Source: Bugula neritina (Eukaryota; Animalia; Bryozoa). From it: a stretch of DNA of 64,000 bases. Positions 13,401 through 44,082 of this stretch are shown here, one piece after another; position 1 is the stretch's first letter, and the number at the start of each line of letters is the position of its first letter. Location: positions 13,980,633 through 14,044,632 of the forward strand of contig OZ037769.1 in the NCBI GenBank assembly GCA_964035545.1. The letters are read 5' to 3'. The position numbers and the translations under genes were made by a program. The notes under the pieces were generated by a model. The model searched no databases, was not told where the DNA came from, and saw only the letters and a program-made list of their open reading frames with translations.

Positions 13401-15866
13401 ACTTCCAACAGCTTGTGGTTCTCACTTTTACCGTCACTCAAGAACTGTCTTGGAGAACTCAGGTAATATTGAATGATGACATCAGTAAGAAAGTCAAGTG
13501 TTGTCTTACTACCAGCAAAGTACGGAAATATGGTTTGTTGCAAGGTGGACGAAAGTGCCATTCGAGAGATGCCTTCGCTAATCGGTTGGCCTGTTAGTGT
13601 TTCCAGTAATTCTTTATTAACTAATGCAAACACTAGACCTTCTTGATTGTTCCAACCACCGAGTAAGTCATACTTTGCAAAGTTAGAAAACTTGTTCAGC
13701 TGTTGCGTATCTAAAGCAGCTACGTTTGTAAGAACTTCACTAAGTTCGTCAAGAAGAAACTCGCCATCAAGTACTGGAAGGAACATCATTTGAGAATCTT
13801 GGCTCTGGAGAAGTTTGTCAACACTTTTTCTTTTCAAACATTTAACTAAATCGGTATTATTATCACATCCTACATTGCTAGCTACTCGCTGCATGACCCA
13901 CGATGGGTTACGCTCTAGAAAGTTGATCCCAAACCCTGCTCCACTCTCCATTATTGCTCTCTGGAACAAGTCTGGGCTGTTTTGTGAGGTGAACATTTGG
14001 TAGGATATGGACATGCTTCCGGCCGACTCTCCAAACAATGTTATTGCATTTGGGTTACCACCGTAGTCTGCGATGTTGTCCTTGACCCATTGAATAGCCA
14101 GTTTCTGATCCCAAAGTCCATAATTTCCAGGAAGCCTTGAATCCCCCGTGGAGAGGAAGCCAAACAATCCAAGCCTGTAGTTAATTGTAACCACGACAAC
14201 GTCTGCCTGAGAAGACAGCAACTCTGAGTGGTAAGTGCTGCCTGCGCCAAACTGGAAACTTCCTCCATGGATCCAAATCATAACTGCCTGTAAATATAAA
14301 GCATTGTATACATTGTATTAGCATACATTGCATGCAAGTTATATTACTATGCATATTACATTCTATAATTACTATATATACACATTAAATTATATTACTA
14401 TACATATTATTACGTTAAATTGCTATACATGTACATTGCACTAATATTCATATATATACATTATAGTATTGCTACTTTACATATACATTATACTATACAC
14501 ATTACATTAAATTACTATTCATATTACACTATGTAACTATAAACATAAACTACATGTACGTACAATCTACATATTGAATACTTGCTGCCCAATAACTACA
14601 CTTGCTTACTCTAGTTATAAATTTACGAGTTGGCGCTTGACTTATCTTAAAAGGTTTAATTGGCAGCACTATGCAACACAGATTTTGTGATAAATATATA
14701 TAATATGCAAGTAAAATCAAATTCATATAAAACTAAATATTTGTTAGATAAATTAAACTTTATAAAACTACATATATATATACGCAGGTAACACAAACTT
14801 TATAAAACTACATACATGCAGGTAAAATGAGCTTTATAAAACTACATATATATGCAGGTAAAATAAGCTTTATAAAACTACATATATGCAGGTAAAATGA
14901 GCTTCATAAAACTACATATATGCAGGTAAAATAAGCTTTTTAAAACTACATATATATGCAGGTAAAATGAGCTTCATAAAACTACATATATGCAGGTAAA
15001 ATGAGCTTCATAAAACTACATATATGCAGGTAAAATGAGCTTCATAAAACTACATATATATGCAGGTAAAATGAGTACTCGGCAATCTTACCCTGCTAGA
15101 GTTCTGACCAGTTCTGTATGGAGTGTATATGTTGAGGTAGAGACAGTCTTCACTCTGATTTTGGCTTGTCTTTGGACTCTGCCTACAGTCTGGTCCAAAC
15201 CGAGTAGCATTGAGACTTGCACCAGAGAAGCCACCATATGGCTGTGGCTTAGCAAACCTGAGATTTTCTACTGGAGGTTTAGCATATGGGATCCCTGTCA
15301 ATATAGAATGTTTTTCATAATAATGCTATCTGAAAAAACTTTGCCCCCACTGAGATCCATTTAGGCCTCTACCTTGTAAGCAGGTGCGCTAACTATTACA
15401 CTATTACTACTCCTTCAGTTTTTAGGCTCCCTTGGCTTCTCAACTCCCTTGGAGTACTTCAACTGACCTGCACTAAAAGCCAAAATAGCTCGAAAAACTT
15501 GCCCTCGCTAGGATTTGAACTCGAGACCTTCGGCTTTGCAAGCAACTGCACTAACCATCACCCCACAGAGACCACTGCGTAATCACTGCACTAAACTATC
15601 TACTATTAGTTCTCACTAACAAGTATTGGAAAGTATTGAGAAAATATGCTCATTTAATTTCTAATGGTAATCTTGGATGGCAATAGTTATAGTGTGGAAA
15701 TAATTACATTACCTAAAAATTTTTGAACTTCTTTTCCGTTGACATAAGTACTCAGCCCTGCAACATTTCCGAGTAAAGTTTGTAGCGTGTATTCTTGTGC
15801 TGCAGAAGTTGTGAGAAGTGCTTTGAATAGCAAACCAAAAAGAAGAAACTTTACGGAGGCAGCCAT
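10458..15866 (-). CDS. Type-B carboxylesterase paralogue C, with Thr/Ser/Pro stalk and transmembrane helix
   Basis: Exons approx 15866-15713, 15294-15092, 14287-13384, 12851-12609, 12316-12241, 11500-11244, 10669-10458. Motifs HGGSF, GESAG, GWNNQEG, GANHGEE; poly-Thr/PTSTSTPSTST stalk; TM segment LTALLVLGAILSAVTIILLTAYISL; ends NNNTKL. Confidence 0.93.
11553..11680 (+). mobile_element. Degenerate partial SINE copy
   Basis: Head GAGTAGCTGTG...GGCCTAGTAAGCATGAGGTTATTGGTTCGGATC resembles the family head. Confidence 0.55.
14755..15075. repeat. About 34-36 bp minisatellite (TGCAGGTAAAATGAGCTTCATAAAACTACATATA), about 9 units
   Basis: Directly visible, in intron 2 of esterase C. Confidence 0.93.
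15340..15575 (-). pseudogene. Two further degenerate copies of the same tRNA-like repeat (about 15340-15405 and 15499-15575)
   Basis: Shared GTTAG(C/T)GC...GCTT(G/A)CAA...GGGCAA pattern. Confidence 0.6.
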
Positions 15867-17626
15867 GTTGCCGTATAATAATTCAATCAAAGCTCTGGTA
15901 TAAAACTATTCCACTAGTTATCTATAATCTTGTGAGCTAAACAAACAAAATGAAATCAGAAAAATTTCAATATTTTGATAAATCATTCCACACTAATCAG
16001 CACGGATTAATTTTAAATAAGGATCAGGCTGTTGCATAGTATGAAAATATCGATAAATGCGATAGTTGCTAGCCCTCAGAAGTGTATTCAATAAACAAGC
16101 CAATAGAGGAAAAAAGCCGTTGCTACACTAAGCATATATTAAAAGTTTTTCTGATTAAATATTTTATATGGTTAGAGCAATATAGCCCAATGGTATATTA
16201 TCAAATTATTCAAATTTAGTCAATGGTTTGTGCCCCCTTAAGTTATGCCCCTAATCAAACAATCCAGTCTACACTCCTTTATCTATTATAAAATCTGGAT
16301 AAAAATTCCAAGTGATATTAAATCATCAATAGATAAGTTATGCTTTAAGCAAACGCAAGAAGGTTAAATACATTTGATATAGCAAAGTCATACTCAGGTT
16401 TTTGGAGAGTTGAAATTTGGCAGTTAGTCATTTACAAAATACAAATCATGCTTCTCAAAATAACATAATGCAAGCGGTATTGAAATATGTTAATATTTAT
16501 ATAATAGATTTACAAAATGCTCCTTATTATAGCTGAAATGTACAATAAACATAAGCTTAATTATCCTTGTATAGGAACCTCTGCGCAGTGAAAAGAGGTT
16601 TTATAAAGACTTGTTTTCCTTTCTGGCAGTTGTTTTGTGTTTTATTATGAAAATAAACCCTTGCTCATTCTACTTCACATGATAGTCATCAAATTAGAAA
16701 TAAATGTATTTTTATAGCAGAGCCAAATTTTCATTTGCATCATTTAGTTAAATTATAATGACTTTTTTGGACCATCTTTTTGTTAAATAGCATTACAGCA
16801 CACAATGTTTTCAAGGAATAAAGTGGAACGGTTGGCAAGGATTCTTTGCACTTCCTGTAAGATGCAGATTTATACAATACTGCAAGCTATAGACAACTCC
16901 ATAACACTACTAGCTATATTGAACTTGTTGCATCATCATTGCCAATTACTTTAGTAGTTGTTCGCTCTTTTGTGCAAAGAGGGAACAACTTGCAATCAAA
17001 ATGACTCTTCAGTTGTAGCTGATTGAATATTTATCTTAATAACTATAATTGTTTTTTTTCTTGAAATGACTTTTCTATTTCTTTAAGCATAGTTTTAAAT
17101 GTATTGCAATATAATTATATATACACAGTTTCTAGCAAACTAAATTTTTGCAATAAATAAATGCTGTTGCAAGTTCTAAATAAAGCTGCCTATCACTTTG
17201 TATATATACTTTGCATATTCATCATGATTGATTGGTTTTAGAAGGATCTAGAATAGCAATCCTTGAGTAATTAGCTTTTAAGGCGTATTAAGTTAGTTGA
17301 TTACTAAAAGCTGAGTTGAGTCAAATATATTATACAGTGCATGCACTACAGTCTTCTCCATGAATCTGCTGGTATCCACCCCTGCATCCAGCCCTGTATC
17401 CACCCTTGTATATTCACCCACTACACATCTGCTGTGTTATCATTGCTTGAATAGGTCTACATACTGGCATGTATGAATTTGTGAGTATCGGTGATGCAAC
17501 TGTTCCCAAAAGTTGAATGAAAAATCCATTCGCATTATGCTAAGCGTTTATTGAAATGCAGTGATATAGAGTCACACAGAACGCTAAACTAATATATGCA
17601 TACTAATTAAGTCATTGTAAAATAAT

Positions 17627-17699
17627 TGCCCCCACCAGGATTCGAACCACAAACCTCCGGCTTGCAAGCAGGGGCGCTAACCAATTACACTACAGGGGC
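17627..17699 (-). pseudogene. tRNA-like repeat (pseudo-tRNA or tailless SINE; TTGCAA loop, Ala/Cys-like)
   Basis: Acceptor GCCCCTG/TGGGGGC, D-arm, and GGTTCGAATCC B box present, but anticodon loop is irregular and T-stem is mismatched. Confidence 0.7.
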
Positions 17700-18084
17700 T
17701 TCGAGACTCCAAACAACATCATAAGTTACTGTAATATTTCATTTTTCCATAAATGCGCAATGATACCTTTCGTTATAGTATAGCATTATATAGACTAGCT
17801 ATAATACTATAAATAGTATATATTATAAATTATAATATGTGCTTGATAACTTAAAATGTGCAATGCTGTGCTATATTATTGTAATAAGTTACTTGAAGCA
17901 CTTTTTATATTGTTGTATTACACTATCCTACATGTGTTAAGAAAAATTGCTACTAATTGTATAAAAAAGAGCTGTAACTCGAACATTTTTCTTGCGAGAC
18001 CTTATTGGTTTGAAAGGTGATCTTAGCAGAATTAGATGATTCATTCTTGTTTGTTCAAAAAGTAACATTATATTATATTAGCAA

Positions 18085-18300
18085 GAGCAGCCGTGGTCTT
18101 ATAGAGGTAAAACCATCTGCTTTGTGAACATAAATTCATGGGTTAGAACCTCAACAAAGGCCATAAGTGATATTAAGAAGAGTATCCATCCAGTCATAAT
18201 TGCTCCTGGGTATCATCTTAACAAGTCCCTAGTCCGTTCTAACAAAAACCCTTTCCATTAGGGTTTCTCACAGGGATAGTGACTATAAATTTGCGTGAGT
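18085..18300 (+). mobile_element. tRNA-derived SINE copy
   Basis: Full-length match to the family. Confidence 0.85.
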
Positions 18301-18389
18301 TTTTCATATGTAACGTGTATTATAGATGTGTAATAGTGAACTGTAATGACTCCATTGAGCCGATTACTAGTAAACTGTAGCTGATGAGT

Positions 18390-20272
18390 TTAGTATTTTA
18401 TTGTGTATCTCCTCAATCCATCACTGCATGCTAGAAACACCTTCTCTCCATTATAAACAGAAATATCCCATATCCAGTAACTTACACCAAGACTTTCTTT
18501 AGGAATTGATACCATCAGTTTACCTGTTGATATAAACACCACTAGATTGTATCAGTTTGAGACAAGCAGACAGACTACAGTGACATAACAACAGCTGACC
18601 CAACTAAATTTGTGGTTTTTACTTTCTAGTATAATACAGTAACTTAAATATATATTCAACAATATACCTGCGTGCAATAATAAATATCAAACAAATTTTT
18701 CACTCAGAAAGACTTCCCTTACACAAGGAACTATGAAGCAGATTGCGTTGAAGACAAGAAAATTCTACCAGTCAGTATTGAATAATTCTCTGAACAGCCC
18801 TATACTGTTTATTTCATATAATAGATGATAACATGGAGAGGAGAAACTCAACATAGAAAACGTAGAAACTTAATACTGCAGTTAATAAAATCCTAAATAA
18901 CTTATACATAATATGAGATATATATAATAAAATCATCATATGCTTGAAGTAAATATTTGAACCTACTGCAGAATATTAACTGCAAAACACCCAACTTCGA
19001 TTACAATAGATTTTTTCCATCCTTCATTTACCTTCAAGTGAGAGAATGAAGAGAGGTCCATCTCCTGTGCAGATGTATATCAGTTGGGATGTTGGATCAA
19101 AGGAAATACCAGTTGGTTCAGAGATGTGAGAAAACTCCCACATTTGAGCGAGAGTTGTGTTCTCTACTTTATATCTGCTCACTCCACCATCTTCAGTTTT
19201 GTCCCCTACGAGTAGAGTTGAGTCTGGTAAGATGCATAAATTTCGAGGGTTTTTCATTTCAGGAACTGGGAGCTTCTGTATTTCATTGTCAACTAAATTA
19301 CAGACTACCAGCTGTTTTTCTTCACTGTTTAAAATATACACTGTCAAGAGGTGCTGAGCTATTTTATAGTAAGTAAATTTATCTACCGTTGTTTTATAGA
19401 TTGAGCGAGACTTCTGTGTGAATTTCGGATCAAGAAGCATAACTTCAGGTGATTTCTTTTCTCTGTTATAACAGCTGCCTACCGCCACCCCTTCAGCTTG
19501 AATTATTTGCAACCACATTGTGGTGTCGGTGTTATTCACTGAACTGATAATATTCAGGGGGTCTCTATTCATTACTTTCATAGCGTCTGATGTTCGACAC
19601 ATAAGATGTCCATCAGCTGTTATGTCTATTGCAAGGCACCCTCCATCTAAATGGAGTTCATCAAACTGTAGAGAAACTGGTGGCTGCAGCAGCTTCTGTC
19701 CCAAATTGTCTTTATTGTCTGCAACAACAGAATAACAGTTCTATAACTCGAGAATCCCATCACCTAAGGAGGTGGGGAACAGCTTTTTAAATGCAAATGA
19801 AAGAGCTTGTAGCAAAGCTGATATATGCACTCAGTCACTTAACATAAAATTTGCACCAGCTTAAGTCTAGCTACATGCCTCAGTTAATACTGACAGCAGG
19901 TATGTCAGCATAACACAGTTTATCAGCTCACAGATACATCATAAACGATCTGAAACACTGCAGAAATGTCTCGTAATGTGAGAGTGAAAATGACGAAACC
20001 CAATCCTCTAATAAAATGAAATTCATCTTCTTTTTTTTACATATTTCCAGCTTTAAATACTTTCAGCTAAACTTCTAGAAAGAAAATCTAATCTAAAGCA
20101 TAAAAACTTAATGTGCAAAGCTTCGAATAAAGTATTTTCAAATTCATTATATGTTATAGTTCTAAATTTGTGGTGATGACATTGTTAAATAATTTTGCAT
20201 ACCTGCAGGTGCCAAAGTTTTGTAGAGAGTAAAACTTTTCTCGGTCTTGCTAGTGCCTGAAGAAGTTTCCAT
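18390..20272 (-). CDS. Putative beta-propeller (NHL / TRIM C-terminal-like) protein; start uncertain
   Basis: In-frame GT-AG exons 20272-20203, 19718-19032, 18523-18390. Blade-like motifs CLAIDITADGHL, NPRNLCILPDSTLLVGD, EPTGISFDPTSQLIYIC, IWDISVYNGEKVFLAC. The fold assignment is inferred from motif resemblance only. Confidence 0.65.
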
Positions 20273-21570
20273 TTCTCACTGATCACTTTTCAGTCTCTCC
20301 TCACAATAGTTTAGATCCAATACTGCTATAAAAAGAAGGTAATACTTGTGAGGTTCATAGAACTGTGGCCTATCCAGTCGATTAGTAATTAGGTCATGTG
20401 ACATTTTTTATAGCCAATTGTCAAGGTGATCAAAGGCTCAATACAAACATAGATAAAATCATTAATTGCAGACTACAAGACAATCACAATGGATATAACA
20501 ATATGAATCAATATTACCACTAGCATGAATGAATACTCACTTTGACATTTTGTGTTAATATAGCAGTATAGCTATTTTATTTATTAGCAATCAGTCTATA
20601 GAGCTCATTGCAATAACCACATTATTCAAAAGTAAAGTTGTAGCTCTTTAGATAATAGGGCAGACAATTCCCATTACTTTTTTGTTGACAAGTGACAGCT
20701 GCAGTGATAATACAAAATATTAACATTGAAGTATGATGTAAATCTTGTAGACATGAACTGTAGAAAAGATGCGTAGGTGAGAAAGAAAAGAAAATGACTA
20801 TATAACATAAAAAACTTAATTTACAAAATACTTTGGTAGGTACATAAAATGTTTTTACAATGTTATACTGGTAAAGGAGCATGTATTATGTTGAGTATGA
20901 ATTCTATAGCATGATTTGTAATTTTATATAATACTTTTGGTATTTGATTTTTAATTGCATAAGTTTTAAGCTTCAGTTTCCAGTATGTTGCTTTTTTTCA
21001 GAAAGCTTGAAATCTCTTATTCTCTACTCAATCATTTCCTTTTCCTTTGATTAAGGCAACAGATGAGACCAACCGTTGCCTTCAACTCAATTGAAATTTA
21101 TTTTGATTGGCAGATTAGGCTATACAGTATGGAAAGGTAGTGCTATAGAAGTCTCAACACAGTGAAGAAAGAAAGATTGCACAATGCTTATGGGATTGTC
21201 GATACGGCTACAACTAACAGTATATTTGATAAAATTAATTTGAAAATTGTAGTGTTTTAGTATAAATAGAAATATTTATTGTTGCAGACTAAAAGAAAAT
21301 AGTAACGTGAAAGAGTTATATCATAAGTTATCATTCGAAAGTTACAAGTGTAAGACGAAAGTGTGAAGATAAGTGAAAATGCTGGTTTTTATATACCAGT
21401 CGAAAAGGTTAGCTATGATGTAGTAGCCATAATGAGTGTGGAAAAAGCATAATATAGCTGGCATAGCTGTAATGATACATGAAAAGGTAAAATGTATTAA
21501 GGAAAAGTTTTCCCAACTTATATGTAAAGTCCCAACAAAAATAAAAAAAGAATAATATATATCAGCAAAT

Positions 21571-21629
21571 TACCTGCACCCTGTACTTCAGTAAGGAGAT
21601 CTACAAATACCATAAATAGAAGCTGCATG
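21571..21629 (+). other. Candidate non-coding 5' UTR exon of ABCA copy 1 (paralogue at about 43893-43947)
   Basis: Block conserved between the two upstream regions and ending in G|GTAAGT; matching acceptor TACAG just before each ATG (23264-23265 and 46017-46018). Confidence 0.55.
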
Positions 21630-21706
21630 GTAAGTTTAACTCACTACTGAAATGTTGGTACGAGTCACATTGTGTGTACCAGTTTCTTAACAATTAAACC
21701 TTCATA

Positions 21707-21928
21707 AAAACTCAAATTCAAGTTTATAGTAGCTATCCCTGTGAGAAACCCCTGATGTAAAACGTTTTTGATAAAGTAGGCTAAGAACTTATTCAGATGG
21801 GGCACAGGAGCAATTATGACTGGATGCCCTTCTTAACATCACCAATGGCCTTTGTCCAGGCTTGAACTCATGTGACCTCGTGTTTGCTAAGCAAATATAC
21901 GCTCTAACCCCTAGACCACGGCTGCTCC
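21707..21928 (-). mobile_element. tRNA-derived SINE copy with 13-bp TSD
   Basis: Full-length match; TTAAACCTTCATA repeated at 21694-21706 and 21929-21941. Confidence 0.9.
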
Positions 21929-23281
21929 TTAAACCTTCATATTAGAATCTTATTATAGTTACTCTTGAGAAGTTTACTAGAATATGCTGCAGCTTGCTAA
22001 ACTAGAGGGTTCTCAACACATAAAAAGTGCATTGGCTAATAAATATAAAAATTCCACGTGTATAACAGCAGTTAAGATAAAAAAGCTAAAATGACTCCAT
22101 TATTTTAATTATGCTCCACAGCTTGGTTTTAGCACTTTTAAAGTTTATCACTTTGAATAGTACCTATTGCTAAAAATAAATTGTAATCTTGCACTTATTT
22201 AGTGAAAACTTGAAATGTTAAAAGTTTGTTAAATTGAATAAGCAAAATTGTATTTCTTCCAATTATTAATAAAAGTATTATAATTTAATATTATACTCAC
22301 AAAATAGCAAATTTTTAATTTATAGCAAACATTTCATAAAAATTCTACTCATTATAAACTATTTTAAAATCAGTTTTTGCGTAATAAAAAATTTAAAGAC
22401 ATATATTTTTTAATGTAGGTATACATGTTTACTATAAACAGCTATATGCTTGCATGTTGTATATAGAAGCTATTAAATTTTGTTTTAATGTTATTCATTC
22501 TAATAAAACTACAATCAAAAGACTAGTTGATTGAAAAATTTTGGTGAAAAATTGAAAATATTTGAAAAATTTCAAATTATTTTTTAAATCAAAAAAATCC
22601 CACTTTACATTATAATATTTTCATTTATTTTCTTCAAAAAATTATCATGTTTTATAGTAAATAAAACTATTGTGCCTCTGTAAATGCCTTATAATTTCAT
22701 GGAATATAATGATGTATATAATATAATGTCTGCGAAGCTGATAAGTTGGGCAAACTTCTAAACAAAATTATTATGATACTAACAGGGTGAGTGCAATAAT
22801 GATGGTAATGTAGTTCACTGGTGCCATTAATTTATGATATGGTTATGATATGTTGCACATACAGGTGTTCCTGGCCCAATTTATGCTAAGCAACACAAAC
22901 AACTATACGCGTGGCCCATAGGTAAATGCTTTGTTTATAGCTGAATAAACTCCATCATTTGCTGCCAGTCTCTTGAGGACATGTTATGTTAACTATTCGC
23001 AGATATTTTACACTTATTCTATTTACATAGTTATAATACAAATTAAAATAATGTTTAAATTATCCTTTACAGCAATTGGTAATGCTGTGCTGCATAAAAG
23101 TAACACATGAAGTCTTGTAGCATATAGTTGCTATATACAATTATAACGTAATTTATATTGTATGCTTTTATATTAGATTTCTCTCTTTTAGAAAGCAAAC
23201 AAGATGAGAAGTACCTATACACCGTTTTGCAAAAAAATTGATATGCACTGTAAATGATTGTACAGGTAGAAAGCTGCAAAG

Positions 23282-40825
<17,544 letters not shown>

Positions 40826-40877
40826 ATTAGATCAGTTGAAATAAAGTTACTTGAAAATTATTCAATGACTTGAATGT

Positions 40878-41621
40878 TGTTATAGCGGTAATTATAATGG
40901 CTTACTAACTACCAACAGTATATGGTAGTGAGTAACACTAACTATAGTGACTAGTAACCGTTGGTATTAGTGGTAGTTTGGTTGTATTGGTGAACACATG
41001 ATATTGGCTGTCTGCCTATTACCATCAGTATTGTGCTTAAGAGTAAGTCAGCATCCTACACTTAGTCTGTCTACATGTAGACAGACCTATTAATATGCAC
41101 AACAGCTAGACTTAATTACTATGCGTGTAATCAATAGACATTAATGATTAAAATTCTAATACTTTCAATTAAAAACTCTGTTGTCTAGACAGCAAACTTT
41201 GACGGCCTCATATATTTAATGTGCAATGGCAGAGATAAATTTACATTAGTGTGAGTGTGGTGTAGGTGTGGTTTGAATAAAGGTGGCAGGTATAAAAGGA
41301 TGCGTGTATGAGAGAGAATGGGGAAGTGAGAGACAGAGTGAATCTGAATATATTTGAATGTCAGAAATAGAATGTGTTAGGGTATTAGTAAGTACGAGTC
41401 CAGGATCTTAGACTGTAGAGCATCACCAGACGAATACTGAAGCTAAGAGTCCTAACTCTACCCCCCTAAAGACTGACAGGAGCTTTAGTTACTTTGCAAG
41501 CCAAGCTAAGCCACCCGTACCTATAAATACTGACCCCCTCACCCCCCTCGAGCTAACCCAAAGTTTACAACTAATACATTATTTGGTGGGTTTGCAGTAA
41601 CTGAAATTCTATCATATAACA
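40878..41621 (+). mobile_element. Solo LTR (744 bp), probably Ty3/gypsy-type
   Basis: Termini TGTTATA...TATAACA; 4-bp target-site duplication ATGT (40874-40877 and 41622-41625); internal TATAAAA at 41291 and AATAAA at 41276; higher GC than the flanks. Orientation inferred from the TATA box. Confidence 0.8.
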
Positions 41622-44009
41622 ATGTTATTTTTCAATTTTGATTTTATAATTTTGTGTACAATTTAGCCTAAGCATTTGATGTTGGAATAAAATAGGAGTT
41701 TTCTTACCCCTGTCTACAATCGTGCATCTTACCAAAAATATAGCTAACTTTCTAAGAACTTTCTGAGAATTATATTATTATGATTTATTAAAACTGCTTT
41801 GGTTCAGTCATTTTATGGCAGATTCCATAAGAACTCTACCTCTATTTTTATTTGAAAGTATTTTTATAGTTTTTGCAGGCTCCATAGGGATGAGAGTGTT
41901 TTGACGCTTCTATTTGCATTAGCCAATATTCTCTAAGTAGATTGTGTTATGATCAATTGTGTTTACCTAGTAAATAATTTTATAAGACCATGACGGAGTT
42001 TGAATTTCCTGTTACAAGTTTTACTTTTAACATTTAAACTACACATATTTAAATTATTATTTCTATTATAATTATTGTTGGCATGTTATTTTGTGTAAAT
42101 ATACCAATGATCACTGTGCAGTATCTGTTGTAGTAGCTTTTTGGAAGCTTTCCAAAAAACCACTGTGTAACGAAAGCTATTTGTGAAAGCTTTCGCGATA
42201 GCTATTTACTGACAGTTTTTGATCGATGGGTCAGTGTAGCTCAATTTTGCTCCTGCTAAAGATGCAGGCAATCTATACTTAATTGTCAAAATAATTGTAA
42301 GTATCAAGTATTATATTATCTTTTGTTTTGAACTTCATTAACTAAATATTTTGTCAGCTATGTAATTAATGTTAAGTTAACAATATGTTTGTAATTTTCA
42401 TGGTTATAGGTTATAGTATTAGTACAAGTACAAGTATGAGTATGAGTTTAAGTATGAATGAAGTCTAACATAGAAAATATACTGTTGGCAATAAACAAAA
42501 ATAGAGTTGTGGCCTGCATCTGTGTCCTCCATCCATTCACTCTTCATTAAGTGAATCACAATACATAGGCATCCGTGCCAAACAGCATCGTGCTGACGTA
42601 GCAACAATTATCAGCTGGCACAGTATCTACTCTGCAAAAGTACAAAATACTGCCTATTCCCTGATCTGATGAATCCAGTATCGTACTCTGGAAACACTAA
42701 CTGTATAACTGTAACTTGTAACTATTGGCTAAAACTAACATAAGCTAAACTGCAACTAATGTCTGCAAAGTTATAAATATATTATAACAATATCTAAATC
42801 TAACGAAAATATATGTATAAATATTATATACTCACTCACAAATCGATAAATTATCCTATTTGCTATATGCTAGTAAGAGTGCTTGTTATAGGGTGGAAAA
42901 AATATCCCATTATGTCGAGTATAAATTTTATAGTATGATTATTAATTATTAGACATTTATTTCTTGATTGCATTATAAGTTTTAAGCTACAGAGTCCAGT
43001 ATGTTGTTTTCCTTGAGAACACTTGAAATCTATTATTTTCTACTCCATTATTTCCCTTTCCTTTGATTAATAAGACAACAGTTTAGGCCAATCATTGCCT
43101 TCAACTCATTTGGAATTTATTTTAATTTGCCGATGAGACTATACAGTATAAAAAGGCATAAATTTTACAAAAGCGGAAGTGAAAAGATTGCATGATGCTC
43201 ATGTGACGGTGACTAAAACTAACAGCCTGTTTAATAAAATTAATTTAAAAATAAAAGATAATTTATATCAGCAAATCAGTGTTATAAAAATAGCTTGAAT
43301 TTTCCATCAAAACATAAAAACAAGTGCAGAACAACAAGTATTACTATATATAGGCTATTTTTCTTCTAATTATTGACCTCTATTGTATTGAAGTGACATA
43401 CATTGTCACCTCTAGACATCGGCTATTGACAAATGAACCTAATGTGAATGATTACTTGCTATAAATAGTATACGTGACTCTAGTATTATACATTTTATTG
43501 GGCCGGGGTACTTAGGGCTTTACTTGTTTTTAATATACTGTAGAGCCAGCAAAGTTACATTATACGCTTGAATAGCACAATATAATGATAGCTAACCAAT
43601 AGCTTTTTACCGTATTCATACATATTTAATGCTCACTGCACAGTTGAAAGCATAGCTGACAAAGCTCTTTTGTTACTCAATATAAGATTGTATAACCTGA
43701 TTTAAATAAAAGTAAAAAACGATTCACTGTTTTGATGTTACACAACTTAGAAGTTGCTGCTACAGCACTTGGGGCAGTCGTGCAAACCAGTTTGCATGTT
43801 GTGAGCTGCTAGCATTTAGTCTTAGTTTTCTCTAGGGTTTTGCTAAGCAAAGAGCTGATAGAATAGCAGAGAGTGTCCACAGTGAGTTGGTTTACCTGCA
43901 CCCGGTACTTCAGTAAGAGGAGTCACATATACCTTAAACAGAAGCTGGTAAGTTTCACTTACTACTGAAATGTCTTCAGAAGTTTTTTTATTCCAAAGTT
44001 TTTATACCC

Positions 44010-44082
44010 ATCTTTAGTGTTGATTTAACCCAACAGCCCTTGCAAGCCGAAGGTCTGTGATTCGAATCAGCGTGGGGACAAT
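44010..44082 (+). pseudogene. Degenerate copy of the tRNA-like repeat
   Basis: CTTGCAAGCCGAAGGTCTGTGATTCGAATC...GGGGACAA followed by a T tract. Confidence 0.55.

Noticed and set aside
14755-15075. CRISPR-like array of about 35-bp repeats
   Set aside because: Head-to-tail units without unique spacers, in a eukaryotic intron, with no cas genes.
17627-17699. Functional tRNA gene
   Set aside because: Mismatched T-stem, irregular anticodon loop and several decayed relatives point to a repeat.
42660-42710. CTGATGA...GAAAC, a possible further hammerhead
   Set aside because: Stem II does not close next to the core and stem I cannot pair.
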